A DNA stretch of 64,000 bases from NCBI GenBank assembly GCA_015680685.1, contig MNCI01001687.1:160255-224254 (forward strand), in the 5' to 3' direction. The position numbers and the translations under genes were made by a program. This stretch comes from Gnetum montanum (taxonomy: Eukaryota; Plantae; Gnetophyta). Below the pieces are notes generated by a model. It had not been told where the DNA came from and made no database searches. It saw only the letters and a list, made by a program, of their open reading frames with translations. Shown one piece after another: positions 36,422 to 51,159 of the stretch (position 1 is the first letter of the stretch; each line of letters begins with the position of its first letter).

Positions 36422-39400
36422 ATGACATCAAAGAACAAAGGAAAACATGCTAAATTAGTGAATATTGATGAAATGCAGGCGAGTTTGTAGAGGGTTTCAA
36501 AGGCTAGGGTGGAAACTCGGGAGGCTACTCCACTTGCCTGGTAAGTCATCTTTTACCCTCCTGCATGGTTGATATTTTTTTTATTATGGCATCGCAACTG
36601 TACATATTTCAAACATGTGTATTATGTTGGGAATTGATACCTGCTTGCAAAGGCTAAGATATTGTAGTTTTTGATATTACCCCTATTGCCATTGTCAGAG
36701 ACAGACCTTGCGCAGTTGCAAGGGTTCAGGTGATCTTGGGAAATACTGTGTGAATGCAATGCATACCTGGAGGGGTCAGGTATTATACCCTTATGTAGTA
36801 TAAGTAGGATTCCATTATCTTGCCCATAATGGTTGCATGTTATGCTAGGAAAATATGCAATGTTACTTTTATCATCGTTGTCAACGACAGACCTTGCACC
36901 ATTGCAAAGGTTTGGGTGATTTTGGTAATGCATTTCTAGCGTAACCTGCAATTTTCTGGGAGTCAAGGTAACGGAAACTCTAGTGTTGCGTAATGGAATT
37001 TTATGTACCTTTTTTGATTTTTTTTCTCTTACATCGTTAGTATGTCTACATTCCTATTCCTAATGGTAGTGTGTTTCATTGTAAAGGATTGTGCTAAAGC
37101 CTGTCTTGATCGTCTTGGACATTGTGGGCGTTCTGTGCTATTTACATGTCCCTATGGATAATGTTCCTCCTCCTTGTGCTTGTGTAAAGGAGGAGCCAGT
37201 TTGGTTCTAAAGAGGTGCATGAGATTTTTTGTAGTTTTTTTGTGTAATTTCAACGTAATTATTTTGTCACATCTATCGGCCAAGATAGCCGTCGCCATTC
37301 TAGAGATGCTACTGGTTGGATCAACGTAGAGCATCTTGATGTTTCTATTGGATCGCTCAATCAAAACCCAATGGATGTTAGACCATGAATAGAGCACCAA
37401 GGGTTTGAGGCATTTGTCTTGGATCTGGGAGATGCCCAAGTCTAATTGTTATCACACCTACAACACTTTGTTCGTGACTCATCATCTTACAACCTACTTC
37501 CAGAATCCACTCAGCATTGTGTATTATGTAGGTGGGTAAGTGTTTCCACAGCATTATGATGTGCTAACCATTGTCTAAATTTTTGTCAAGTATAAACAAT
37601 TATCTACTTCTGTGGTGTATTTTTTTTATCAATGAGGATGGTGTCTAGGGTGATACAGACACGTTTTCTGTGGCCGAAACGGCCATAAAGGAGTTCACTT
37701 CTGTTAGCAATGTACATGTTGGTGTTATGGGATAACTAGAATTTAAAATCGCACATTACTCTACTTACTATGTCAAATTTTTTGCCAAGTGCAAAAAACG
37801 CGGATGGCTAGATAAGGAGTGGACTTTGGACCATCCTCTCACCATCGCAGATGTGCAAGAGAAAATCCCACCGTTTCCTTCACCCTTTGGATGCGGTAAA
37901 TTATGCTATGGTGGTTGATTGTACAATATTATAGGATCAAAACAATGTATAAAATATTTTTATTTTTCTATATTGTCTAAACCATTGCTTTATGTTCATA
38001 GTTAGGGAATCACGGAAGGTCACGATTATGGCTTCCGGGCGTGAAGCGAGCAGTCTTTTCTTTCATTATGGAAACATAAAAGAAGGGCAATGTTGGCTCA
38101 GTCATAGTGTGGCCATAGTTATCTTAACCAATAACCTTTGGGAAGCTAGACTAAAGGAGCTATTTTTGGCTATAACCCCCGATGTCACCATGGGGAAAAT
38201 GTTAACCCTAGTTAACTCCTTCAGTGTAGAAGCTGAGCGTCTTTACATGCACATGCATAATGTGCGTGTGAGTTTTGATATTAACGATCAAATGTTAACT
38301 AAAATTTTTGGCATTTCCTCTGATGGCCCTACTATAGAAGAAAATTCAAAGGGGAGTTCTAAGCACCAGAAGGAGATAGAGGAGTGGCTAGGGGTTAAAA
38401 AGGAAGTGAAAGGAATCCTTGCTGATAAAATCTAGCTGGAGGTAGCTCATACCATTTATCCCCTCTTCCGAGCCCATGCCTTTCCCAAGTTGCTCTCCAA
38501 GGGAAGAATCCTTACCATAGAGCAGGCTTGGATCATGTAGGAGGTTATGGAGGAGGGAACATGGTATAATTGGGTCAGCTACTTCGTTGAAGGCTTGCAG
38601 GCTAAAATGGTCAAGCTTCGCAAGAAGCTTGAGTCTCGCTTCAATGTGCATTTTTCCTTCTTTATAGCCTACTTTTGACATTTCTTTGAATTCCTGGTGG
38701 TTCATAGGGATGGACAAGATTTCCAAACCATGGATTTCCTAGGTTTTTAGTATCACCCAGTCACAAGAGCCCCTTGAAGTCATTGGGGATTCACTTTCAC
38801 TTACGACTTAGGATCTGGTGGCTCCTCGTGCATGGGGCCAGGATAGCATGGGTGGGGCACTCCCTTCTTACACGAGTACTGTATCAAGGGGGAAACTCCT
38901 AGTAGAAGAAATAGTGAGTTCATCAGTCCAGTGGAAAAGGCATTGTCCGACCATGGAGTCTCCTGGCTTGAGTGACGTAGAGTGAAAGGGGCTGGGAATT
39001 GAATTTCATAGGAATGATCCCCCAGCTGGTAAGTAGAGATATGCATAATTAGTTTATATATATGTATTATGCTACATATAGACATTGTGGTATTGCGTAG
39101 CGTTTGTAATTGTTTTGGCTAACTGTTTTTTAGTAGAAAAAGGGAAAAATGTAGAGGATTTGACCCCTTGAAACAGGCGCAATAGTCATAAGGCATGAAG
39201 AAGGGGCTCCAATTTTGGAAAAGGAGGCCCGTGTTAGTAACGTAGGCTGCACACAGGTTCCTGTGCCTGAAGAAGAGATGGAAGTAGAGGGCATTGAGGT
39301 CCTTTCAAAAACGAGAAGCAGTTTGTCACTCGTGAGTTTGACTTTTCCTCATAGGGAAACCTTACACTATTACCTTTATATCTACCATACTATGTCTAAG

Positions 39401-40798
39401 TCATTTCATTCGCTTAGTACGCACCTCCAACAATAGTAGTGTGCCTTTGTCAGTGGCACCAACTCAGCCTTGGGGTGAGACTCCTGATAAATTTGCTTTT
39501 ATGGAAGGCATCGCAAATGATATGATTGGCCGTGTAGAGCAAATCGATCCTAAGATTGGTACGTGAGTGTTATAACACAGGGATTATTGGCATTACGACA
39601 TTGTATTATTTTCGTTGTGTCTAACTATTATTTTTATGTTATAGGATCTCACCTCAGATGGGATTCCAAAGAGCTCATTGACTTAGACACCACCATTGAA
39701 CCCTCATCGGAGTTGACTGAAGTGCCATGTAGCCTTTATGATGAAATGCGTAAATGTCCATTACGCTCAGCCCACTCTTTATGGGAGTGTTAGAACGTCA
39801 ACGAAGATCTTTGGAAGAGGTTATAGAAAGCAGAAAAGGAGAATATGTTCCTAATCGGTAGGGTTAAGGGCCTAGAGTCTCCAAACAAATCTCTGCTAGC
39901 TTGGGAGACCCATGATGAGAACTGGCAGACAGTTGTAATTGACTACACCCGTTATTGGATGATTGTGAGAAACAATGTCCAAGCCAACCATGATCTCATT
40001 GAGCAATGGATGCAAATGAATCTCGTAACTCAGAAGAACTAAGACTGGAAGGATTTTAGTGCAAGGGTTCAAGCATGGGGCCAAGCACAAAAGGACCACA
40101 AGCATGTGTATAAGCAAGAAAGTGCTACCTACCACCAACAATATAGGGATTCTGCTATTGAAACGTGGTCCTTTTGGCTATTCCTCGATGTCATCGGTGC
40201 TTCTGGAGCATACAAAAAGTTTCAGGAGCAAGTGATAGTAAGCGCCTCCCCAGAGAGAGAAATGACCCTCCTTAGTGGGGAGACCACTATCCCTTCCTTT
40301 TTTCCTGAAATACCTTGATGGACTCCTGTGGAGAAGGGAAAGGTTAAGGCTAGAATTGATCTATGAGATGGTGTTTGGTCTAAGCTTACCGAGGACGAGA
40401 TTATGCAATTCCTATGGCTTGGTTTGGAATAGATTCCTTTCATGGTTGATGTAGAACCATCACAGGTAAGTTGTAGGACTATTGCATTCTTGTTATGTGT
40501 AGTTTCAGTGGCAATGCTAACATGCGTGTCATGTCAAATCGTAGGATTGCCATAAGGAGGATCTTCATGAGGAGGAGCGTAATGGAGTAGATGGTCCTCA
40601 CGAAGAGGATCTTCATGAGGAGGAGCATCTCAAGATGATCAAACTCATGGCGACAATTCTTATGAGGAAGAGCCTCGAAGAGAGAACTACCTCCACGAAG
40701 AGACACCACACAAAGAAGGTCCGTACGAGGATGATCTTCATGAGGTAGAGGTGGAGTTAGATGACACAGGTGGAAGTGGTAACAATGGGAACATGTGA
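36422..40798 (+). pseudogene. E3 copy of the antisense multi-exon gene (full length, degraded)
   Basis: Exon 1 MTSKNKGK...|gtaagt 36541; NIF exon ending NTLFV...FQNPLSIVYYVG|gtaagt near 37537; transposon-protein exon; ...IDPKI|gt; SHLRWD; last intron 40466-40544; acidic HEED-repeat tail. Confidence 0.82.
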
Positions 40799-41179
40799 GG
40801 TGGCTATATTGGCCAACCTTTTATTACAATGGAGTGGAGTAGAAGGACAATGTTTGTCAATCTAAGTGATATAATCTATGTGATATAAAGATTTTAGTTT
40901 TCAGATAATGAAATGTATCATTAGAAGGATTATACTTTTTAGGCCACTGTGGGCCGTTAATAGTTTAAGGCCATTTTGGGCCAAGCTATTGTAAGCATAA
41001 GGAGGGTAAATAATGTTTGCCAGTTTTAGGTCGTACCAGGTCAAAACTAGTTGAAGGCCATTTCGGGCCGGTTCATTGTATGAAAGAAGCATAATAAGGA
41101 AAATGTAGAAAGAGAGAGTGTAAATTGCGTAACAATAAACGATGTGGACTAATGTGACATGTCACACTAACGTGTTCAT

Positions 41180-44100
41180 TCAGTAGCTTTGCAGCTGCTT
41201 CTTAATTATTTTTAGTTTTGGAAATGTGTATGGATGAGGAGGATTATTACTCCATTCCTCTATGCCATCATCTTCCTCCTGAAAAGGTAGCTCAGCCTAG
41301 ATCAAGCTATCATCAGCCACTATTTTGGCCTGTTCAAATATTGGGATAGGAGACTGATCTCCGGGGATTTCGATTTTTAAACCCTATTCCATTTCTATGT
41401 TATTAACAACCTGAGAGATCATCTTATCACCATGGATGATCACTTCCTCTCTTGCGTAGGGAAAGTGAATCTCCTGGTGGATGGGTGATGAGACTACCCT
41501 TAGTGGAGCAACCCAGGACCTCCACAAGATTAAGTTGAAACTAGGCATCTTCTCGATGACGATAAATACTACGTCTATGGGGAATTGATCCCCCGCTACG
41601 AAGTTGATGTGTACTATTCCTTTGACCTGCACTTGTGCACCATTGAATGAATTTAAACACAATGTTGTCGTGGGACTAATCTAGTTGATCAAACCTAGTT
41701 TATCCACTATGGGGTATGGAATAACATTGGCAGCCATCCTGTCATCCATGTATACTCTCTAGATTCGGTATTGGCCAACCCAGATAGTGATGAACGTAGG
41801 TGTTGTTGTCACTTGATCATTCTTTGGATCATCCTTAATGGATTTGTCATGAAAAGTTAATAGGAAAGGCCAGGGTTGTTCAGCGTCAAGGGGAAGCATG
41901 ATGGAGTGGATCACTTCTTCATCCACTAGCAAGCTCTCGTCCATGGATATGGACATTAACATCTGAACCATGGCCTCTCGATGCTGTTGTGACATCATCA
42001 GCAAGTCATAGAGGCTCAATGTTATATTTTTTTGTTTCAGAGCCTGCTTAACTTGCGTAAAAGTGGTGAGGAGATCATGCCCATGGTCTAGTTTTTTATT
42101 ACCCTTCTCTTATTCCATTTGTCTTAGGAGATGAATCTCTTGAGGTGGAATGGTTTCTAGTTTAGGGTTGCATTTCCTTTGTTTGGGAGAAGTTGGTTGT
42201 GCTTGCATAGTGTCATCTTCTTTAGAGGGTGTGGCCAAGGGCATCGAGGTGAGGGGAATAGGCTTGGGAAACCACAACGTAATTTGGCCCTTGGCTGTAT
42301 CAATTATCATACATCCTTCTTCTTTCCTGTTAGGTTGTGATTCGGGTGTTGACTTAGAGGGTTGCCTCTACGTAGTAGGAGCAACTGATGCCTTTGGCAC
42401 CCTAATGACAAAGGGTGCCTTAGGTGTGGGTGTGGTCTACGCTGCAGCTTTAACGATATTGGGCTATAGGACAATGGTAGGAGACATGACCCGAAGGATA
42501 AAGGGTTGTCGCTGAGCTGCTCCCATTGATGTTGATGGGCTTGTCATCTAAGACAGGCAAGGAGGTACTTGTATCATGAAGGTTTGTTTTGGCTGTGCCT
42601 AGTGATCGCCTTTTGTACCCAATACATTGATAGTGTATCCTACGTTATTTGTGTTTAATGGGTCTTGGTACACATGCATGGATTGATTCTCCAGATGGAC
42701 CAAGCTACTGCTGTCTAAGACCAGTTTACCTTGATCAATCATGCATTGAATGTCATCTTTCAATGCCCAGCAGTAATCCATGTCATGACCACACAGCTAG
42801 TGATAGTCACAGAAATGGTTAAGCCTAAAGTTTTTGGGTACTGGAAATTCATTTGGTAGGGCCAAGGAGGGATTCTTGAGCAACTCACAATGCCTTCTAT
42901 GGCATTTCATATTCTCCTCAAATACCTTCTTATGTTGAATATGGCAAGTTCCTAGCAATTTCTTCAGAAGTTCTGAAGGCTTTATAGGTAGAGCCATGTA
43001 TTTTGAATGATCTTTACGCTCATCATTAGGCTTTGGCTATGGAGGTGCTTTAGGGGTAGATGGAGTTTCTTGATCAGTGCTATTTGAGCTAGTTGTAGGC
43101 TCAGAAAGCTCCATAGATACTTTCTTATTGTTATTTTTCTTCTTGGCCCCCTCAGCTACTGCTTCTATGGTTGTTTTCGTAGCTTTTCCTTTATCCTTAC
43201 TCTTGTTGTGGGAATTTTTGTAGATCATATAGGCTAGGTCCTTGCTAGCCTCTATCGCATATTGAATGCTCTTAGCCTAAGTGAAGGCTTGGTTGAGGGA
43301 GCGGGGAGTGAGGTAATATAACTTAGACTTGATAAAGTCATTAACTACCCCCTTGAAGATTGCCAATAGATGGGCCTCCGCAATGGGTTCACGGATTTCA
43401 TTCAAGGTTACGCTCCACCGTTGTATAAAATTTTGGACCACCTCGAGCAAATATTATTTAACTCCAATGAGCTGATCTAGCATGACCTCTAGATTCAGGT
43501 TGTATTTGAAATGAGTTACGAACTGAGTTAATAGCTCTTCCAAGGTTGAGATGGAAGAGCATGGGAGTGCTTGATACCAGTCTAAAGCTTGACCTGTTAG
43601 GGACATAGAAAAGACGTGGATGATGGTATGTTATCATTGTTGCAATAACAATGAATCTGATTTAAAAGTGACTAGATGGATGTTGGGATTTCCTTCCCCA
43701 TTGTATTTTGTAAAATGGGGGAGTGGCATCCTAGGAGGTAATGACAAAATAGGCACTGTCAGACTAATAGGATCATCATGGTAAAAATCCATGACCTATA
43801 TTGTGTCAAAATTGGTAGCCTTAAGGCATTTAACTTCCTCAGTAAGGGTTTGAATAAGCTGGAAGGCTTGATATAGACTCATAGATGAAGAGGTCATTTG
43901 TCGAACGGTAGGACGAGCCACATTGGGTGGCAAAATAGGGGCAGCATCTTGGCCGTTGTGTGATGCTATTGGAACTATCCCTATAGGTGGTGCCATTTGT
44001 GGCATCCACCACTCGGTAGATGGCATAGATGGGGTGAACACCATTGATTTTTCCATGGGATACACTGTTTGCATGGCCGACAACATAGACAATGACCTTG

Positions 44101-44944
44101 TAGAAGGGTTTAGTGCCTGTGGGACCTGGTGTTGATGATGAGTGAGATGGGACATTTGCATAGGATGTGCAACGAGGGACAATGTGCTTGGAACCCACTA
44201 CACTATAGTGGCGGGTCCTGTCGCGTGAGTCGAGATGAATGTAGGCACTGTATGTAATTGCAAAGTAGGTATTTCATGTACATATGGTGACATAGGCATA
44301 GCTATACGATGAGATGGATTAGCTAACTACAGCTACTGAGGAATGATTTGTGAAGGGGCACCACCCAGGAGGGTAGTTGGAGAGAAAAAATGTGGCTAGG
44401 GTGAGTGTGGTACTCGGTTAGCATTAGATAATGTCAAGGGCATGGTGACAATGGACAATGGGTTTACATGGGATGCTGTGGAGGGGGGGCCCACAACAAA
44501 TTCAGCATGACTGACTCCCTTAGAATGCGAATCGAGATCCTCTTACCCATCATGACGTGCTTCATCATGGAACAACTCCTCTCATTGCTTTGTCAATGCC
44601 CTAGCCATCAGCATTTGTTCTAAGATCCATTATTTCTGGTCTATTAGGGGTACAATGGCATTTGGTGAAGGAATAAATTCCTTCCCATTGTAGTATATGA
44701 ACTCATATTCTCATTTCTCTTCGAGTTCTTGTGAATACATGGGAAAAATTGCTGCAAGCTTGGCATAGAGGAAATTGTAATGCTCCCTATGCTAAGCATG
44801 TCCCTCAGGCTCCTTGTTTTGGAGCTTGAGGGATCGGTATGGTTGCATCAGACTAGTTGGCTGCTCGACCACAAGAGGCATAACTTGTAGAGTCCAAGGG
44901 TTCTTGATGTTAGCAGTGTCAACAACGGTGGTTGATGTAGTCAT
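41180..44944 (-). pseudogene. gag: E3 gag-protease, degraded
   Basis: FCDYH, MHVYQDPLN, SLYDLLMMSQ, NFVAGDQFP...SSPIHQEIH; terminus ELPFQ...IIKKQLQSY*. Confidence 0.9.
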
Positions 44945-45175
44945 TATCTATGAAGTTCGAGAGTAATGATGACAAGGATAAAAACCACAAGGGCAAAGGC
45001 AAGCTAAGGTGAAAATTGAGCTTTCTACCCTACAGGATTCCAAAGGAATCATCAAAGCGACCGATCTGCACCACATAATCTCATAAACAACCATGGAGGT
45101 ATTACATTTATGTCGATCAAAAGTGGGTATAGACAACTTATAGGACTACTTGTAAAATGCAGATAGGAGGTTCGG

Positions 45176-45193
45176 GCCGTCCTTCTAGCTCCT
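45176..45193 (-). promoter_or_regulatory. E3 PBS (degenerate tRNA-Asn type)
   Basis: Plus strand gccgtccttctagctcct next to the LTR end at 45200. Confidence 0.7.
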
Positions 45194-45199
45194 GAAAAC

Positions 45200-46410
45200 T
45201 ATAACGATGAAAAATGTCAGTCGTTGGAAATACTGAGCAAAGTTCTATGTACACAGTTCCAACCTTGGATCAGTGCGAGGGGCATGCTAGAGGAAATGAA
45301 TCCGAAGTGCCCTAAACAATCTTGTCGATCAAACAGGGACTTACTTAATCAGTAAATTTTGTAATAACTGGATTACAAGATGATGATTTTGATGAGGAGA
45401 TATGATATCGGTAATCTCAAAGGTAATGAGAACGATGTCAATGATTCGAAGCAACTGCAAAATCTATGTAGATAGGATGCAATAAATTGGATTTAGAGAA
45501 TATGAGATCCTGAGATCTGGGACTTAGCTTATAAACAAATATGTTGAGTACAATGATTGAAGGTAGAATTTAGTTTAGACGAAGCACATGCTAAGAACAG
45601 GAAAGCTATTCATTGATGAAATAAGCAAAGGCTGATCTACCTTGTTCTAGCGAATCTAGATGCAAGGGAGTCAGAACTGAAGCAGGATGTCTACTAATAG
45701 GAAGTTTCTAATAAAAAGCTCTTATCGATCACCTTCGACGTTCTTTCAATTTCCGATCCTCTCTTGTTCTCTCACTAGTCTTTGCAAAAAATTTTCAACA
45801 ATTGCCAATGAAAGAAGATTGCTCACTGAGAAAATTTGCCAACCTTTTGATCGTTGTCAACTAGAGTATTTATAAGGTTAGGGTCAAGAGGAGAATGTAG
45901 TTTAGATGAAGTGTGTACTGAACTTACAAAATTTCGTTGACTTGGTGCATTTATGGTTGAAGCCTGTGGCGCTATGATGTGTTATTCTCTAAAGCGTAGT
46001 GTGTCATAATCTACCTTTGTTGGAGCTTTGATAACAAACTATCCTATAGTTACGCTGTAATATGCTAGAGAGCGTATCATGGCATAATAACCGCCAATGT
46101 TTGAATTTTGCTATCTCCATTGTTATAATTAAATCAATTATCTACTTGCATTACACTACGTTATGCTACATTACACTACATAGTGTAACTTAGTGTAACA
46201 TAGCGAACCTGGAAAATTGAAGTGTTGTCACTACATATCCCTTGTTTCTGTTTAGTCTTTTTGGAGTCTATTATGCTACGTTGTGTAGTGTAGCATAATA
46301 GGCCTTAAGCTGAAAGAAGACTGTCTAAAATGTGCCACTTGTAGAAATCCTTTACATAAACTTCGAGACTTTGCTGAATTATTGAGGTCTCAAAATTTCA
46401 TGGTGTTTCA
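45200..46410 (-). repeat. E3 5' LTR
   Basis: Copy of 20307-21517; followed by TSD CTTCC. Confidence 0.95.
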
Positions 46411-46415
46411 CTTCC

Positions 46416-49400
46416 CTTGGATGTCTTGCCTATAAAGTGGACGTCTCACCTTGTGGGGTGAGAAGGCTGTTTACCTATATTTCGTGGGGTATGGGTTGTC
46501 GAGGTTATCAGCCCCCTAATGATGAATGGAGCTAGAGGTGTTAATGGATGGGACCACATGACTCCACTAATAGGTGGTGCAAGGGTGGATGCCCATGGTG
46601 GAACTTTTAGGATGAACAACTACTGTGAGCTTGGACCAACCGCTGGTGGTGCTGGTGCATTATGTTGGGGCACATAGACCACAAATGGTTGCCAGGATGG
46701 CCTAGGATCACTATCGATGCTGGTGGCATTGATTATGTAATCAGAATTGTTGGCATTTAGGGGATCTATGTATATATACATAGATTGGTTTTCAGGGTGC
46801 ATTGGGTTTCTTTCATCCAGCACTAGCTTCCCTTGGTCGATTAATGTTTGGATGTTATCCTGCAATGGCAGATGATAATCAGTGTTGTAACCACACTATT
46901 GGTGGTAGTCACAAAACCTTTCTAGCCTCAAACCCCTAGGAACTGGAGGATCATTGGGCAGGGACAAAGAGGGGTTCCTAATGAGCTCATAGTAGCATTA
47001 ATGTCTCACGTTTTCTTCTTTCGAAATCTGCTTGTGTTGGATATATCCCATTGCCAATAGTTCCTTCAGGAGTTCTGAAGGCTTGAGGGGTAGTGGGGTG
47101 TACTTTGAGCGGTCTTTGCGCTCAAAGTTGGGTTTGGTTTACATAGATGTCTCAACCGTAGGTATAGTATGCTGCGATATGTGGCCCTACTTGGATGTAG
47201 GGTTAGCTGTGGGTATGGCTGGTTTCTTGCTATTCTCGCTACCATTGCTGCTAGGTTTTGGCTTGGCTTTAGTCACCACAGCGTCCACTGTGATTGTTGG
47301 GCCCTTGCCCTTGTCCTTCTTTGTAAAGGTGTTTTTGTAAGTGATGTAGGTTGGATCTTTGCTTTCCTTGGCCACATCTTGTATGCCCTTGGTCTAAGTA
47401 AAAGCCTAAGGGAGCAAGGAGCGAGGTAGTATAGTTTGGACATGATGAAGTCATTCACTGCACCCTTAAAGATGGCTAGAAAGTTAGCCTCTACAATGGG
47501 TTTGCAGATTTCATTAAGGGTTGCACTCCAATGTTGAATGAACTTTTGGACTGGTTCTAGTGGGTCTTGCTTTATGCTTATCAACTGATCCAGCATGGTT
47601 TCTGGCTTCAAGTTGTACTTGAAGTGTGTCACAAACTGGATCAAGAGTTCTTCCAAAGTTGAAATGGATGAACATGACAACGCGTGGTACCAATCTAGGG
47701 CTTTTCTGGCTAGGGACATGGTGAAGATGTGAATGATCATGTGTAGCCATTGTTTTAATAGCAAAGATTCAGACCTGAAGGTGACAAGATGTGCATTGGG
47801 ATCTCCCTTCCCATCGTACTTAATGAAGTATGGGAGAGACATCCTTAGGGGCAATGTCAAGCAAGGAGTGCAGGGCTGATGGGGTCATCCTGGTAGAAGT
47901 CTATGACTTGTACCGTATCAAACCCAATAGCTTTGAGGCATTTGATTTTCTCAGTGAGGGTCTAGATGAGCTGGAATGCTTGGTCCAGACTTGGCGACAT
48001 TGTAGATAGTTGGGGAACTACGGAGATAGCTCCCACTTGTGGCATGGCGAGGGTGGGGGCATGACCTATCAACGGTACCACTAGGATGACCCCCGTGAGC
48101 GATGTTGTCTATGTTGTCCACCACTTGGTAGGTGGTGTTGTTAGGGTAGCAACCATAGGTTGGGCTGCTAAATGTACCACTTGTGTTGTTGGTAGCGTAG
48201 ACCATAGCCCCGTGTTGGGTTGTACCATTTGTGAGGCTTGGTGTGTTTGAGAACGAACATAATGAGACATCTGCAATGGTTGTGAAATAGGCAAAGAAGA
48301 AAATGGGGCTAACCATGTGGACAAGCTGGGGCCTGCCATAGTGGATGGAATAGACATGAATGTAGAAATGGAAACAGAAGTTGTGTACGATTGTGAAATA
48401 GGCATGGTACAAACATGTGCCAGGGTTGCCACGATTGGTGTATGATGTGCTATAGGAATGGACTACTGAACTATTTGCAAAGGGATAGTAGCTGCAAATG
48501 AAATAGGTGAAATAGGTGAAAGAGGGTGTTGAAACCCTTTGTGATTGACGTGGCTACCCATAGCAGATGTAATTGTGGGTTGCAAAAGCATAGGCGTAAT
48601 TACAAAGGGAGGGGTGATAGATAGCGGCGTGGCATAGAAGGATTGGGTAGGAGGGAGAAGAATAGGATTGGTTGGACCTCCCTCATCTAATTGGGAATCA
48701 AGTTCCTCCTGTCCATCCTGAAAGGTGTCATCTTGGTTGGACCCAGTTGTACTGTCCAAAATCGTCGGTCTCTAGCTGGAAGGAAACAGAAACTAGGAGA
48801 TCTCTGGACACACACAGAAGACCCTACCTTCACTTGAGGGCAAGCTAGAATTGATGAAGGCAGAGTACCTTGAGTGGTCTGCACGCGGATCAGGCAAGGA
48901 TTTCCCCAAACGTACACCGAAGTGCTATACACTATGTTATATGTAAACGACATAACAGGCATAAAGCAGAGTGTAAACAACGTAACTGATGCAAATGGAG
49001 CATAAAAAGAAAGGGCATAAACAGTATACATGCAGAAATTAATGCAAAATTGTAATAGATTTTAGGAAGAAAATGTAACAATGCTATTTCAAAATGAGAG
49101 ATACAATGCACCGGTCTAACGCAGTTGTGGCTCTGACACAAGGCAGACGAATAGCCCTGGTGGATGCAGGGATGACTGTGGTCTAGTTCAAACCATAAGC
49201 ACAGTGTAGAGGCTGTATGCTCAACGTAAAGGGTTGAAGTCCAGCGTATTAGGTTCTCTACTCTAGTTCTTAGCATCTCTGTTTTCTCTCTGGTTTACTC
49301 AAATTTGCCAACCCCGATCTAATGAAAAATTGGGGTTTTTATACAGGTTTCAACGTTAGACTCGGGTTGGGTGACACGTGGCATGTTGACCAGCTACAAA

Positions 49401-50402
49401 AGAATAAAATTTACAAGTGTACAACATGTTATATTTGCTGGGCATATATGCTGTATCTAGCGGGTGTAGATCCTAGGCGTATACGTTGTGGATGCCGGGC
49501 GTATATGCTGGGCGTATACGCTGATGATTGCTGGGCATATATGCTAGGCGTATACGCTGATGGATGCTAGGTGTATACACTAGGCATATACGCTGATGGT
49601 TGCTCTGTTCGTGTGAATTGCTACCTTGTAACAGGTCTTGTTCTGCAGTGCTGTTTCCATGCCGTCTTCGGGGATTGCCTGTCGGGCGTATGCATTAGTC
49701 ATACCTATTGAGCGTACATGTGAGGCATGTACGCTGGGTGTCTACGCTAGGCATATACGATGTGAATGCAATCTAGGGTGTATACGTTGTGAAAATCGGG
49801 CGTATACACTGGGCGTATATGCTAAAAATACATACTTAGTGTAAACTAAGTATTTTAAGCTCCAAAGTTGCCATGTTTCATAGCAAATGTTGTCGTGGCC
49901 GTCGACGGGTCCGAAGGAACTGCTCCTCATTGAGTTAGACTCTACTTAAAGCTATTTATGGGGTCCTAAAGCATTATTCATGCTTGATTCCTTTTGGAAA
50001 AGTACTAGGCTTAACATTTTGTGGTGTTTTAGTACTTTCTTGTTGCTCCCTAAGCCTAGCCAACTAGATTAATTGGTCTATAAGCCTTTAGTATGTCTAT
50101 GTCAAAGGTAAGGAAATGCTGGGAGTAGGAATAAAATCCTTCTCATTACAGTAAGAGAACTCAAAGCTACATTTTTCCTCGAGTTCATGTACATCCAAGG
50201 GTAGGTTTGCCTGCACCTTTGCACAGAGGAAGCTATAATGCTCGTGTTGCTAGACCAATCCCTTAGTTCCTCGGTTTTGGATTCTAAGAGATCAATGTGC
50301 CTCCAATGTCTGGTACAATGGTTGTTCGACACCAGTAGTGCCTTGAACCATGATGGGAACTTCAACATTGAAGGTGGGAGTGGTAGTGTTCGAAAAAGCC
50401 AT
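46416..50402 (-). pseudogene. gag: E2 gag, interrupted by the solo LTR at 48748-50030
   Basis: KYDGKGDPNAHLVTF...ALDWYH...FKYNLKPE; IDQGKLVLD. Removing the LTR restores ...EQQEST|GSNQDD; the N-terminal region is homologous to E1 EYNFICIKIQA. Confidence 0.87.
48748..50030 (-). mobile_element. Solo LTR related to the E1/E4 LTRs
   Basis: Terminus ...CAGTACA at 48748 and (TG)AAACACCAC near 50029; no PBS or PPT adjacent; shares tgcaccggtctaacgcagttgtg... with the E1 LTR. TSD is CCAGT on the left, only AGT retained on the right. Confidence 0.85.
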
Positions 50403-50535
50403 TGTTAAGCAAGTAGTTATGCAAAAAGCACAAAAAGTTATGCAAAAGAGTGCCAAAGAACAAGGAAATTGGAAAAGAGCAAAAAAGAAGGCTTCACATC
50501 TTGCCGAATGCCCGAGGAACCATTGAGGCAACAAG

Positions 50536-50970
50536 TCTATACCACATGTGATGGGGTACAGAATGCATGCAAGACTACCATAAGACGGGCAAGCTCACTA
50601 GCGATCAAGAAGACTTTTTGTCTTGCAGGATCTCCAAGGGACCATCGACATGACCGATCTATACCATGCAAGATAGGGTACAGAATGCATGCAAGACTAT
50701 TGTAAGACGAGCAAGCTAACTAGTGATCAAGAAGGCTTTTCATCTCATAGGATCCCCAAGGAACTATTGAAGTGATTGATCTATACCACGTGGGATGGGG
50801 TACAAAATGCATGCAAGACTACTGTAAGACAGGCAAACTAACTAGAGATCAAGAAGGCTTTGCATCTCGTAGGATCCTTGAGGGACCGTTGAAGTGATTG
50901 ATCTGTAACACATGGGATGGGGTATAGAATGCATACAAGACTACTATAAGATGAGCTAGTTAGCTAGTGA
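50536..50970. repeat. ~122-bp tandem repeat x3.5 in the E2 5' UTR
   Basis: Units starting tctataccacatg...ggggtacagaatgcatgcaagactac at about 50536, 50658, 50780 and 50902. Confidence 0.88.
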
Positions 50971-51135
50971 TCGGTGGCCTTGTGTTCTATAGGGCTCTAG
51001 AGGAATCATCAAGGTAATCGATCTGCATCGCACAAAGTGCAAACAACTGCAAAAGGGTGTCACATTTATGCTTATGCGTATTAGTGTGTAGAAGGTTCAT
51101 AGAACTACTGTGATACATGGAAAAGGTACCAAAAG

Positions 51136-51153
51136 GCCCTCCTTCTAGTGCTA
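51136..51153 (-). promoter_or_regulatory. E2 PBS (tRNA-Asn type)
   Basis: Plus strand gccctccttctagtgcta. Confidence 0.8.
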
Positions 51154-51159
51154 GAAAAT

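Larger units (their letters stand above)
20307..46410 (-). mobile_element. E3: full-length (about 16.9 kb without E4) degenerate Tat-type element with both LTRs and TSD
   Basis: LTRs 20307-21517 and 45200-46410 (both 1211 bp, roughly 90% identical in two sampled 60-bp blocks); TSD CTTCC at 20302-20306 and 46411-46415. Confidence 0.95.
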
